Positions 12,740 through 24,399 of a stretch of 64,000 nucleotides of DNA are shown here, one piece after another. A model generated the notes under the pieces. That model saw nothing but the letters and a program-made list of their open reading frames with translations. It did no database searches and had not been told where the DNA came from. The translations under genes were made by a program, and so were the position numbers. The number at the start of each line of letters is the position of its first letter. Position 1 is the stretch's first letter. This stretch comes from Mobula birostris (Eukaryota), in the NCBI RefSeq assembly GCF_030028105.1, contig NC_092379.1, positions 24,979,821-25,043,820 on the forward strand, read 5' to 3'.

Positions 12740-13435
12740 ATCTGCGGATCAGGGGTACAGAGGGACTTAGCAGTCCTCGTGCAAGACTCCCAGAAAGTTA
12801 ATTTGCAGGTCGAGTCTGTGGTAAAGAAGGCGAATGTAATATTCACATTTATTTCTAATAAAATAGAATATAAAAGCACCGTCAATATACTGAGATTTTA
12901 CAAGACAGTCGTCAGGACGCACTTAGAGTGCTGTTAGCAGTTCCCATATCTGAGACAGGAAATTTGGTCATTGGAGAGAGCCCAGAAGAGGTTTAGGAAT
13001 GAACATATGAGCAGCGTTTGGCAGCTTCGGTCCTATAATCACTGGAATTTCGAGGAATGCGGATGGATCTTATTGAAACCACAAGATTGGGTGGGTATGG
13101 AGAGGATGATTCCCATGATGCGTCTATTCCGAACGAGAGAACACAGCCATCAAAATTGAGGGGCGAACATTTAGAACAAAGGTAAGGAGCGACAACTGAG
13201 GGGCGAGCATTGAGAACAAAGCTAATGCCACCGACCGCTGTGGAAGGCAAGTACATGCGTATATTTAGGGCGGAAGTAAATCTTTTCTAATCCTTCTGAG
13301 AGTCAAAAGATATCACGACAAGGCAGGTGCATGGTGTTGAGAGGCATGCGGGATCAGCCCTGATGTGTGGCGGACCAGCATCGATGGGCTAAATGGCCTG
13401 ATTACCCTCCTATGTCTTATGGATTTATGGTAGAT
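12740..13435 (+). mobile_element. Degenerate CR1 3' fragment
   Basis: Similar to the RT C-terminus/3' UTR of CR1 (cagagggacttag..gtc; ERAQKRF); ends in cttatgg-like tail. Confidence 0.7.
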
Positions 13436-15840
13436 TGTCGGGTAGTGTGGCACATAGGGCAGGAAGGGCCTGTTTCACGTTGTATTTCTATTTAAATAAG
13501 TAAATAAACAACATGCACGGTTGGGAAATTCGTAAGTTTCCAAGATAGTTACGTTCTATCAATGCCGTTATTCAAAAACAATGATGCTGCATGAAATAAC
13601 ACTGGCACTGCAAATATCCCGACACAAGCCCGGACTTAACTGTGTAGAAAACTACCTGACCTCGTCAAGGAAGTCGAAGGAAATTTGAGATCGTTTAAAT
13701 ACTGAAATTAATGAATCGGGAATAAAACAAGTATCCAAACTCATATTGAGAAAACTTCAGTTGAGTTACACAGCATTGAACGTCTGCGCGTTCGTCCAGT
13801 GAGTCTGGGACCTGCCTTCTTGATTTCCTTTCAATAAGATGAAATTGCGGTACATTTACCCTGGCCTGATTCAAACCAAACTGCCTCATGTGCGGTGAAC
13901 AATTTCAAATATCCCCATAAGGAGTGGATATATGAAAGAGCTCTGCACAAATTTTGATCGTTTTAAAAAAATTCAATTCGCCTTCATACCTGCGGCCTCT
14001 TATCCGGAGCAGTTTGTGTATGTGCTATTCAACATTTTCAGCATCTGCAGAGTGTCTTCCATCCAGGTTTGGTGTTTGGATAACAACAAAATTTGTTGAT
14101 GAAACTTTAGGCAAAATAACCGATGTCAATTAGTGATAATAATATGATAGAAGTATAGCAGTCAATTAAAGGTAACTAGAAATATTTTCCTAACGTGAAT
14201 TGCATTCAATGCTGACACAACAGTAGGGAAACAAGACAATCCTCGATTTGGGTCTGCGAAATGAGCTACATTAGCTGAGGAACCTTAAGATAAAGATACT
14301 ATTCGTCGGCAGTGATGAAGGTATCATAACAAACACCCAGCAATTTGAGAGGGGCAACCTGGTATTGATGCATCGCTATCAGTAAATCTAAGAACAAATG
14401 CTTGAGTGAGCAGTATGCCAGGTTTGAGGATAAGGAGATGACGGTAGGGCAGCAAGGTTTAAGTAAGCAACACGTAGCAGAGAAAATGGAGATTCAGCTG
14501 CCTTCAACAAGGTGCTGCAGAGGAGCATACCATCAAGAGGGAAGCCCGGATATTACAAAAAAAGGTGCTAGAATATATGGAGATTAATTAGTTTTGTGTA
14601 GAAATCTGACTTTGGTGGTTTGTTGATGTATAAATTTAATAGGTATTCGCAACTGTTCAATGGCTTCGACGTAGTGGAGGATAGGGAGGGCGTGAATGCT
14701 GCGACGGCTCTTAACCCAGGATGTTCAATTCTGTAAGTTTTTGCTGCTTAAATCATTCAGTTCCGGAAGCAGTATGTACTATGTGGGGTCCTCAGCAGCC
14801 GAGAATTTCAACCTCCTGGTGTTTTCCGCGAAAGTCACCAAAGCATGGGATCCATCGAACATTGGAGTAATCGATTCAGAATTCTCCTGCTCTGGGGGGG
14901 TATGGTGCTGTATTCGTTGGAAGTTATTATGCCCGGATTTCAGGCACTAGAGATGTTCCTTGGCAACTGTTTCGAGAACCTCACTCTTTCCGATGATTTT
15001 TTTTTTTTTTTTTTGTGATTTGTGTAATGATGTGGATGTGAAAGTAGAGAAAGTGCATAAATGTTGGTGGTATTGTGTACTAAGTAAAAAAGTTCTGACA
15101 TGTTGCGACGGAACGTAGAGAGTATGTAGAGTTCGGTGGAGAAATGAAAGACTACTTTTGAAACGAAAAAGAAAGAGTGAAATTGCGAACATTAGAAAAT
15201 AGAACTTAAAGACTGAGTACGACGTTACCTGGAGGATTCTTAGCCGTGCAGATGTAGAGATGGGTCTTGGCATCTGCAGCAGTAGATTTATCATCGCTGA
15301 CACTCAAGTTTATTTAAAACATTATCTGGTATGCTGTTCTTGATTGGACTGGATATTGTGTTTAAACGCCGCGAGAAGGTACCTCTGCAAAGATCCGATG
15401 AGAACACTAAGAGAATTGTACTAATTTCTGATCGCCTCATTATAGAGATGATGTGAAAGGTTTCGTGAGGGAGCTCAGAAAATGTGTTGTGAGGCCTCAT
15501 GGATCAGAAGCTGTCTTAAGGGGAAGTTTGGGGTAAAACAGATCTTTTCACTTTAGATCAACAATGGTTCACAGTCAACTCAATCGAAGTGCGTAAGATT
15601 ATGAAAGGCATAGAAAGTACCCCCCCCTCCCCCCCCCCGCCGGGGCGGTAATGACAAAGGCCAGAGTTCCTCTGTTTATGGTGAATTTACCGTTGATACC
15701 AGAAATAGTTTTTTTCTTCAAAGAAAAATAATGGATGAATGGAAATCCATGCTGGAGATAGTAAAAGATTCAGGAGAATTTGTATTAACATGCTACTATA
15801 TATTTACAATGTACAAAAAAAATTGAAGTTTATTGTCTTG

Positions 15841-16113
15841 GTCATTGCGGCTGGTGGTGCAGTGACATCAGCGCCGGACTCTGCAGCGAAGGTTCCCGAG
15901 TTCGAATCCAGTCGAGTCGCCCCGGGCACGCTTTCCATCCGTGCTGGGTTCAGAGTTGAGCTCGCAACTTCGCCTCGGAAAAAATTAAAAAAAATGTAAA
16001 ACAAAACTGCGCTGTGAGAAGGGCATGGGGGACCACTCACAGAATCTTTCCTCCTGACGACCACTTGAAAAAGTGGTCGCCGAATCTTTGGCAGAGTACG
16101 GCGCACACAACGA
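15841..16113 (+). mobile_element. tRNA-derived SINE
   Basis: Pol III A box TGGTGCAGTGA (15855-65), B box GTTCGAATCC (15900-09), A-rich middle and a 9-bp stem with GAAA loop (16058-79). Absent from the paralogous site (~38140). Confidence 0.7.
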
Positions 16114-16949
16114 AATGTGGGAATATTCGGATAGATAGTTCAGTCGCTCTAAATTAGAGGGAACCGCAACTTCTGACTATGAGTCCGCCGTGGATTGTCC
16201 CGTTTGATATTTTTTTGTTTTATGTTCTGTGAGATGTCCAGCGGTAGATGATCCGTCGTTTTATAATTCCCTATCTCCAACGGTTTTATAATCGTTTTGT
16301 CCTTTTTGTCCAGTTAAGGACATTTCCTTCGCAATAAGAGCTCTGAAATTGTTTTGCACAGGACTTAAGAGTAACTCTTTGCTAGCTTGTCTAAATACGC
16401 GATTATTCATTAGCTACTGATATCGAAAAGGAAAAAAAAAAGCACGAGAATTTATACAATGGCTCAGGGGAAGTTCAGGAACGAGCTTCCTCAGTTGCTC
16501 AAATATCCTGTCAACCTATTTGGGAAATAAATGAAACAACTAACTTAGATTTGAAAATATCTCAGTAGCATCTTATTATAGAATCTTCCCATGCATTTTA
16601 TGCTAAATTACATACTTTAAAATGTGGAATATTTGAGTTCTGCAGTCATTAATCACGCTCTATTCCATATTACTATAACCTCAACATAATTTCAAGATAC
16701 GATTCCTATGCTCCCCGTAACACTTGCATAATACTTTTCTGGAAAATGCGTGACATTGCCTTGAAATTGCTCAAATAATCACTCTGAGCAGATGATTCAA
16801 AACAGCGGTTTCCATGGATACGTAATCTCGTAGAGAAAGAAAATGCGCGACACATTGGTTCTTTAAAATTTTGATAATTTGTTTAAAAAGAAACGTTTCG
16901 GAATTGTCGTAAACGAATGGTCCTTAATAATTTGACGTTACAAATGGTG

Positions 16950-17483
16950 CGATGTTCGTGTCTATTTATTGTTACTTTTTTGCATGCGTTATACGGTTGT
17001 TCGCTTGTGTGTTCGTGGAACGCCCTGACTTTAGTCGCCTCCCTTGTCTGTATGTGAATGAATGAGTTGTTTTCGTTTTCATATGCAGGGTTCGTTGACA
17101 ATGTCACCAAACAGTGTTTATTGCCGTCTGTAATTATTCGGGCGACTCACTGCGGTGGAGAAATAGTTGGCAGACGGTGCAGGAGGAAAATGAAATTACT
17201 ACATCTAAGTCCTGGGAAATGTAAAACTTTACAGGATTTATTAAGTAGAAGTTCGAACATTTGGGAAATAATCTTACAGAGCCTAACACCCAGACAGATA
17301 TAGGATCTACCTGTTCTATTGTGTAAACTTCTATTTTTTTTTCTTTCACCTCTGTAAGGGAAAGACGAAAAGGAAAAAAAAAATGAACAATATCTTGACT
17401 TAGAAACACTGAGGCACTCTGTAGAAATAAGTTACTCATCGATTTAGCACATTAAAAGCCATTAGAACGGAACGATTTTCCAT
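16950..17483 (-). pseudogene. Decayed TCR delta/alpha-type V exon downstream of NAR-type J (candidate supporting V)
   Basis: Strong polypyrimidine acceptor, exon start 17351, then (K)VKEKKIEVYTIEQVDPISVWVLGSVRL. A shifted frame gives YRLPTISPPQ*VARIITDG, aligning with YRQFTSRHPEFVVRRYTDG of the intact V at 55363. Leader-like 43-nt relic at 17441-17483 with donor GATGAGT. 3' end unresolved. Confidence 0.45.
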
Positions 17484-17582
17484 GTTTGGAATGAAGACCT
17501 GTGTGAATAGTACAGTATTACACGTCGTTAATTTTTATACACATCGGTGTAAAACTTCCTAACCATTCAGTTTTACATACCC

Positions 17583-17765
17583 ACAATGCTGTAGGAACTC
17601 AGCAGGCCGGGCAGAATCTATGGAAAAGAGTTAATAGGCGATGTTTAGGGCAGAGGCAATTTATCGGGATATTCAAAAAAGCTATCTGACTTGCCGACGT
17701 ACTCCAGCATTTTGGATCTGTGGCTTTGGTTTTCAGCATCCGCAGATTTTCTCTTGTTTCCCTAT
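17583..17765. mobile_element. Decayed Penelope-like terminal repeat fragments in inverted arrangement
   Basis: 17585-17655 resembles the reverse complement of the PLE 3' end (ggaactcagcaggccgggcagaatctatggaaaagag). 17700-17760 resembles the forward tail (ctccagcattttg..cagcatccgcagattttctcttgttt). Confidence 0.5.
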
Positions 17766-18308
17766 TCTCTGTGCCCAGTCATCTTCCGTTTTACTTACAG
17801 ATCAGTCAGTTTTCATATCTGTTTTTTTTTGTTTACACGTGGGTATCAGGCTCACTCGTAACTGGGCGTCACGGCTAAATAATTGAGTCTATGGTTTCTG
17901 CATGATATAGAATTACATTGGCAATCTTCCAAGATTAAGTTACTTAGCACAGGACTTCCCTCTGAATTTATCTCATACTTGACAGGGCTATATGCAGACC
18001 TATGATCAGCGTTTCTTCTTCTGCCCACATTTCTCCTGCTGATAACACGAGAAGCTGTTCTGCATATGTGAATGAACCCTTGCTGCTCCTCCAGCACAGC
18101 ATGGCTATTGAGATGCGATGCTTTTACAATAATTGTACCTTTCCAAAGACGAGGTCCAGGACGGCTATCAAAACGTGTTATTCTTTATCATGCAGAACTT
18201 TACAGCTTCTATCTCTGAAATATTAATTAAACTTCATTTCTTTTTAAAAACAGCCCTTTCTAACTTAAAAGAAACAGCTTTATAAATTTGGCCTGTTCCG
18301 ATACTTAC

Positions 18309-18402
18309 TGACTGTGACAGTGACCGTGGAAACGGCTCCATCTACAAAGCTAGTGTAGTAATTCACTGTGATTTAACTCTCAGTCTCACTGGTACAATAA
18401 TT
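18309..18402 (-). other. NAR-type J segment with 23-RSS (cassette 1)
   Basis: J 18363->18309 (55 nt) = NYYTSFVDGAVSTVTVTV+A, followed by GTAAGT donor (phase 1). RSS on + strand: CACTGTG 18364-70, 23-nt spacer, ACAATAATT 18394-402. DGA..TVTV resembles the NAR J motif DGAGTVLTV. Confidence 0.8.
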
Positions 18403-18707
18403 ATCTCCACCTCAATGTAATCTGTAGCCGTCATTGGACAGTGTATAACTATTCCAGACTCTAAAAACATAAGAAACAACAGCCAGCGTTCCACAAAGCC
18501 CTGCGAAGTTAACTGTGAAAAAGAAATCTCTGTGAAGTGGCCATTTCATACTTTCTGAATGCCGGTTTCTTAAATTGCTGTAAACGTCGAAGAAAAAAAA
18601 AGTCCTGAAAGAGGCAATGTACAATGGAATTCACCAGGTCATAGAGGTAAAGTAATCCAACATGTGTTACTGTTTGCTGATTCCAGCGTAGAGAATATCG
18701 GGGCTGA

Positions 18708-18775
18708 GAGTTTTGTTCGATTATCCTCCGCTGTGTGTCCTAATATCGACAGTGTTTCATGTCAGGTTCAAATCG
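18708..18775 (-). other. D segment with two 12-RSS (cassette 1)
   Basis: + strand: GAGTTTTGT, 12 nt, CGCTGTG (18729-35), D core TGTCCTAATATC (18736-47), GACAGTG (18748-54; first C lost), 12 nt, TTCAAATCG (weak nonamer). Confidence 0.75.
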
Positions 18776-19091
18776 CATAACAGGATTGCTTCGGAGATAA
18801 AGGCTTCCCAACTGCAATTCCAGCATCCATACCATTGGAGTAAGATCCCATCTGAAGTAAGGAGATTGGGAAGCGGGTAAATCTTTTTCAGTTGTTGTTC
18901 GCTACCTAATGTTTGGGAAAGCTGGGTTTATAAATGCAAATTCAGAAGCGAAAAAAAGAGCTACAGCATGGACACTGAACTTCCAGTCTCATTGAAAACT
19001 ATTCTGTATAGAACGCAGGCGAAGTGATTGATTGAATTACAGACAGATTAACTACTCTCCTTAAGCTGTAGATGGTATAATTAACAGCGAG

Positions 19092-19624
19092 TATTTGGGT
19101 ACGGCGGGAATCCCTTTTCCAGTTCTGTTTATATTTATATTCAACGTTACAGAAATAGGTGGCGCTGTCTGTAACTAAAAGATTTATAGTTTTCAGGGTA
19201 ATTGTCATTTCTGATTTATTTTCCATTATACTGCATCTTCCTCCTGTGTACATACGCTCGATTCCCTTTCCGGGCTGTTTCTGTTTGAAAAAAAAAAAAA
19301 GAAAGAAATGTCCGGTTACAAAATTATCCCATTGCCTAGCATGGAACTTGCATGCGATGGTGAGAGACTGGTATTCACTTTTCGTTACCGCTGTCAGGTT
19401 CTGGGTCACGGATTGGCAGAAGAAGTCTGGAAAATAAGAAGATAAGAATATGCAGAAGCAAAGCGGCATTAGACGTGAAACACGCACCACAGATAATACT
19501 ATGAGCTCATGAGATTCCGAATCTACGTTTTCAGTTTTATATTTAACTCTCATACTGCGTAAGGTTGTGAACGGTACTCACGGCGAAAGGAGAGGCACAA
19601 CGTGACATTTAAGAGAAAGTTCAT
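19092..19624 (-). pseudogene. NAR-TCR-like V segment 1 (open L+V frame, inactivated RSS)
   Basis: Leader 19624-19582 MNFLLNVTLCLSFR+C with GTGAGT donor; acceptor AG, V exon 19426-19130: QSVTQNLTAVTKSEYQSLTIAC...KQKQPGKGIERMYTGGRCS...VTDSATYFCNVEY. The short FR2-to-GGR distance (no CDR2) is the VNAR hallmark. RSS: AACAGAA, 22 nt, ACCCAAATA. Confidence 0.85.
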
Positions 19625-19899
19625 CTTTTCCTCTCCGGGTATCGGATGGTTTATATTACAGAGAGCTAAAATGCTGTTGTAGGTTATTCCTTGAACTGGA
19701 CAGTACAATGTCGGCCGTTTGCTGTTCCAGAGATATGCAATTGCCTCACTGCTTCCGAATTACTTTTTGTGCGAAGAAAACGTCAGCTTTAATGAGCAAT
19801 AACTGTGGTTCTGTTTTCACGATTTCTTTGCAAGCTCCTCCTGCCAGTTTTAACGTCAACAGGGGTAATGCTTCGTCCTTTGAATAAATACAAAATGAC

Positions 19900-20118
19900 G
19901 GGGGAGATGGGAAAAGGAAATGACATAATTTACCAGTGCCAGGGTGAAAAGAAAACTCGTCAGGATAACTGTGAGTGTCACTAGGTGTAAAGATATTAGC
20001 AGATGTCTCTGGGAGTGTGAATCAGAATGATTGAGAACGGCGAACACGGTGTCAGAAATGGAACAAGTAATTTGTTGGACGCTGTGGCAGTTGGAGTCAA
20101 AGTTGCTGAAATTGACGA
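19900..20118 (-). mobile_element. Decayed Penelope-like RT fragment (shared with 40560-40880)
   Basis: Minus translation NFSNFDSNCHSVQQITCSISDT.. parallels the PLE RT motif FINFASNFHPALKFTWSISDT; clearer in the paralog. Confidence 0.6.
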
Positions 20119-20124
20119 GCTATT

Positions 20125-20650
20125 AAGCTCTCGCTACCTTAATCTCTGATCATAATCCATTCTCTCTTAACCAGGCGGCATCTTGCTAAATCTCCTCTGT
20201 ACCCTTTCCAATTCTTCCACATCCTTCCTATAGTGAGGCTACGAGAAACGGACACAGTACTCCAAATGCGGCCTAACCAGAGTGTTATAGAGCTGCATGA
20301 CTACCTGCATCATAGGTTTTTTTCCATTGAGAGTGGGGGAAATTCAAACAAGAGGACATGAGTTGAGAGTTAAAGGGAAAACATTTAGGGGTAACCTGAG
20401 GGGAACTTCTTTACTCAGCGAGTGGTTGCTGTGTGGAAAGAGCTTCTAGCAGAAAACGGTTGAGGCAGGTTCGATGTTGCGCTTAAAGTTAATTTGGACA
20501 GCTATATGGACAGGAACAGATTAGAGGGTTATGGGCTGAGTGCAGGTCGGTGAGACTAGGTTACAGTAAGAGTTCGGCACCGACCAGAAGGGCCGAGATG
20601 GCATGTTTTCGTGCTGTAATTGCTATATGCTTATATCAATATATGGTTAT
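20125..20650. mobile_element. Two short CR1 fragments: 20125-20300 (-) and a 3' end of another subfamily 20305-20650 (+)
   Basis: Minus piece encodes the MQLYNTLVRPHLEY region. Plus piece has the TRGHELRVKG region, a 3' UTR and a tatatggttat tail. Confidence 0.75.
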
Positions 20651-20654
20651 ACAA

Positions 20655-23115
20655 AGCCATGTTGTCTGTCCCGGATCAGACCATGAGTCTCCAAATGTCC
20701 GTAGATCCTATCTTCAAGAATCTTTTCCAACAGCATTCCCACCACAGACGTAAGACTCACTAGTCTATAATTACACGGTCTACTTCTACTACCTTTTCAA
20801 CAAGGGGAAAACATTCCCCTCTGTCCAAACCTCCGGTACCATTCCCGTAGACAACGAGGACATAAAGATCATAACCAGAGGCTCAGCAATTTCTTCCCCC
20901 GCCTCGTGCAGCAGCGTGGGGAGTATTCCGTCAGGCCCTCTGGATTTATCCGTCCAAATGTATGTTAACAACTCCTTCACCTCCTCTGCCTTAATATCAA
21001 CATGATCCAGAACATCAACCTTATGCATAGTGTCCTCACCAGAGTCAAGTTCCCTCTCATTTGTGAATACCGAAGAGAAGTATTCATTGAAGACCTCGCT
21101 CAGGCACATCTTCCCACCTTTCTCTCTAATTGGTCCTACCTTCACTCCTGTCATCCTTTTTTTCCTCACATAATTGAAGAATGCCTTGGTGTTTTCCTTT
21201 ACCCCACTCGCCCCCTTCTTGCTCTTCTCAGCCCCTTCTTAAGCTTCTTTCTTGTTACCCTATATTGACCCATCTGATCCTTGTTTCCTGAAGCTCATGT
21301 ATGCTGCCTTCTTCTAACTAACTAGATTTTCCATCTCATTTGTCACCCATGGTTCTTTCAACCTACCATTCTTTATCTTCCTCATGGGGACAAATTCATC
21401 CGTAACATTTTGCAAGAGATTTCTAAACATCGACCACATGTCCACAGTATATTTCCCCGCAAAAGCATCATCCCAATTCACACCCGCAAGTTCTATCCTT
21501 ATAGGCTCAACATTTTGCTTCCCCAATTTAAAATGTTACTGTCCTCTCTGATTCCATTATTTCCATGATAATTCTGAAGGCAAAGGAGTGGTGGTCACTG
21601 TCCCCCAGATGCTCAACCACTGAGAGATCTGTGACCTGGCCCGGTTCGTTACCTAATACTAGATCTAGTATGGAATTCCCCCTAGTCGGCCTGTCAAGAT
21701 ACTGTGACAGGTGCCAGCCAAATCTCTGTATTGGCCACTGCATCATAATTCCACGTATGTATCCAAGCTCTCAGTTCATCACCTTTGTTCCTTATGCTTT
21801 TTGCATTGAAGTACCCGGACTTTAGCCATTCCACCTTCGTACCTTTACACCGTTTATTCTGCTTCTCTTTCCTCAAAATCTCTCTACATGTTAGATCTGG
21901 CTTTACTCCATGCACTTCATTCACTGCACCATCGCTCCGGATCCCATCCCCCGTGCAAATTAGTTTAAACCCTCCCGAAAAATGCTAACAAACCTACCTG
22001 CAAGGATATTGCTCCCCCTCGAGTTCAGATGCAACCCATCCAAACTGTACAGGTCCCACCTTTCCCAGAAGAGATCCCAATGATCCAAAAGTCTAAAACC
22101 CTGGCACCTGCGCCAACTCCTCAGCCACGCATTCAAGTGTCATCTCCTCCTAGTCTTACCATCACTATCACGTAGCACTGGCATCAATCCTGAGAACGCC
22201 ACCCTTGAGCTTCTGTTCTTCAGCCTTCTGCATAGTTCCCGAAACTCACAATTCAGGACCTCATCCCTTTTCCTGTCTATGCTTTTGGTGCCAACATTTA
22301 TCACTACTTATGGTTGCTTTCCCTCTCGTACCAGGATGTCGTGCACCCAATCACAGACATCCCGGACCCTGGCACCCGAGAGGCAACAATCAATTGCGGG
22401 TGTCCTCTAACGTCCACAAAATCGCCAGTCTGCTCCCATGACTTAGCATCTCCAATGACGACAGCTCTCCGCTTCTCCGTCCCACCTTTCTGCACTACAG
22501 GGTCAGACTCAGTGCCACTGGCCCTGCCACCGTGGCTCACACCTGGCCGGTTGTCCGCACCAACAGTATCCAGGACGGTAAAGTTGCTATTCAGGGGAAT
22601 GGCTACAGGGGTGCTCTGCACTACCTGTCTACACACTTCCGCTTTTTCCCCTCTGACTGTCATACACAAACCTGCTTCTGGCAGCGTAGGTGTGACTACC
22701 TTCCTGTAGCACTCATCTATGACTACCTCATTCTCCCTTACGAGTTTAAAGTCATCCAGCTGCTACTCTAGATTTCTTACTTGGTCTTCCAGATCGTCCA
22801 GCCGCATGCACTTTTGGCAGATGTGACTCTGTGGGAGAGCGGAGTTCCCCCAAGTCTGCCACATCTCACATGAGAGGCACATCAGTGTCTCAGGAGATAT
22901 TGCAAAGACTAACTGGGAGCAAGCTCGTCCTCCGCCTCTTCTCGTCGAAGCCTCTCGTGTCAAAGCCTCAAAACTCCACACCTTCACTGGCCCACTCACT
23001 CACTGGCCGCTTTCCGCAGGTCGCTCCGCTTGAGCTACCCCTCTATTTATTTGCTTGAGCTGTTCAAACTACTTGGTCACCTGACCTCGCGTTCCCAATC
23101 AGCTGCTTTCTGCTG
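20655..23115 (-). mobile_element. CR1 LINE 5' half (5' UTR, ORF1 Zn-finger + esterase, endonuclease, start of RT), disrupted
   Basis: CLSCEMWQ..HICQKCMRL (ORF1 Cys-rich finger), RRAVVIGD (SGNH), YFNAKSIRNKGDELRAWI (APE endonuclease), KSRGPDGILP. Confidence 0.9.
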
Positions 23116-23934
23116 AGTCTGGGCTATTGAAATCATTTTTTTCGGCTGTTCCGTTCTTTATTTCAGTTATAATGTGTGCGATAAACTAAGATCGCAGTCT
23201 GGCTAGTTTTGCCGAAATATTTTTACTATACAGACAACAACATCAGCAAAGCCAGCTGCTAATAAACTCACTCAGCTGTGCCTACAATGACAAGAAATTT
23301 AACAGATGTACCTCTGTACCGTTCCGAGTATATTGTAATCCTCCTTAAATAGAAATATTGCTCATGGACTGTGAGGCACGGCATCTAGCCGTCTCTATTT
23401 ATTCAATGTGTTCGTTTAGTGATGATTAAAAGTGAGTGCACTGATGAATTCGTTTTTTTTTATTTCCACAAATATTCAAGCCGTTCATGCAGTGTATATC
23501 AAATTGAAACGAAACGACCTCTCTCTTTTCTCTGACATGATTATTCCACGCTGACAATATCACTCTTACTTTCTCAATCATGCACACTGAAACTCCCAGT
23601 TTCATATGAGCCACTGTCGTGTTTCGATTATTGGAAATGGAATGAGTAAATTATCTCTTCATGGCTAGAAGAAGAACACACCAACAATCCGAAAGCGTCA
23701 GGCGTATTTTTGTGAAATGGATTGTTATGTTTTCGCGATGCCTTCATTTCCTAATATCGAAACGAAAAAGTCTTTTCTTGAACTCTTGGAAAGTGTTTCA
23801 TTCCAGCTACAGGGTGCCAAATGGGGCTTCATGAACAACAAGTTTATCAACGATTTTCCAATCTTAATTTTTGAAGGACTAACATAAATGTGACGTAACA
23901 AATGTTCTTTGCATATTACGTGTCTTGTAATTAG

Positions 23935-23936
<2 letters not shown>

Positions 23937-23974
<38 letters not shown>

Positions 23975-24003
23975 GTGTGTGTGTCTGTTTGTGTGTGTGT
24001 GTT
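23937..24003. repeat. (GT)n microsatellite
   Basis: Direct reading; imperfect. Confidence 0.95.
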
Positions 24004-24399
24004 TATGTGCAACAGTCTCTGGATGCTCAATTTTAATAATATTTACAGAGAATATGGAAGCTGAAATGTTAAAACAATGCTTATGACTGAAGGAAGATGC
24101 ACTCACTGAGATTCGGAAGCAGGTGCGCTGTCTTCTCGAATTATCCCAGTAGTTACGAGTTGTGGCTGTGATTTTTAACCGCTTCAGAGGCAAAGGTAGA
24201 AGAAACATGTCATAGAATATATGGTATTTAATCTGGTTAAAACAATAAGATATTAAGATATAGGGACAGTGAGAGGGACAGGTTTTTCTGCATTGCCGCC
24301 CACCAATTGTCGTGTCATCTGTAAAGTTAGCATCAAAGCTATCTATTTATCTAAATCATTTATATATATCACAAAAAAAGTGGTTTCAACACCGACCAC

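Larger units (their letters stand above)
14100..24240. repeat. Segmental duplication copy A (paralog of 35940-45830)
   Basis: Collinear matches, e.g. 14141 aatatgatagaagtatagcagtcaattaaa = 35968; 18062 gcatatgtgaatgaacccttgc ~ 38801; V/D/J exons; 23365 catggactgtga ~ 41270; 24180 cgcttcagaggcaaa ~ 45770. Confidence 0.85.

Noticed and set aside
19000-19130. Germline-joined VDJ (RDSRRTQILAV resembling a J)
   Set aside because: This stretch is the translated RSS spacer and nonamer; separate unrearranged D and J lie downstream.
19856-20047. Hydrophobic membrane-protein-like ORF conserved in both duplicates
   Set aside because: It is an off-frame reading of a decayed Penelope RT fragment.
20125-20650. 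Twin-priming-like inverted CR1 structure
   Set aside because: Geometry fits, but the two pieces belong to different CR1 subfamilies, so independent insertions are more likely.
23540-24010. ITLTFS / NYLF / KCSLHITCL motifs suggesting a V
   Set aside because: Spacing is far too long, and the FR3-like part lies in an insertion absent from the paralog at 45500-45830.
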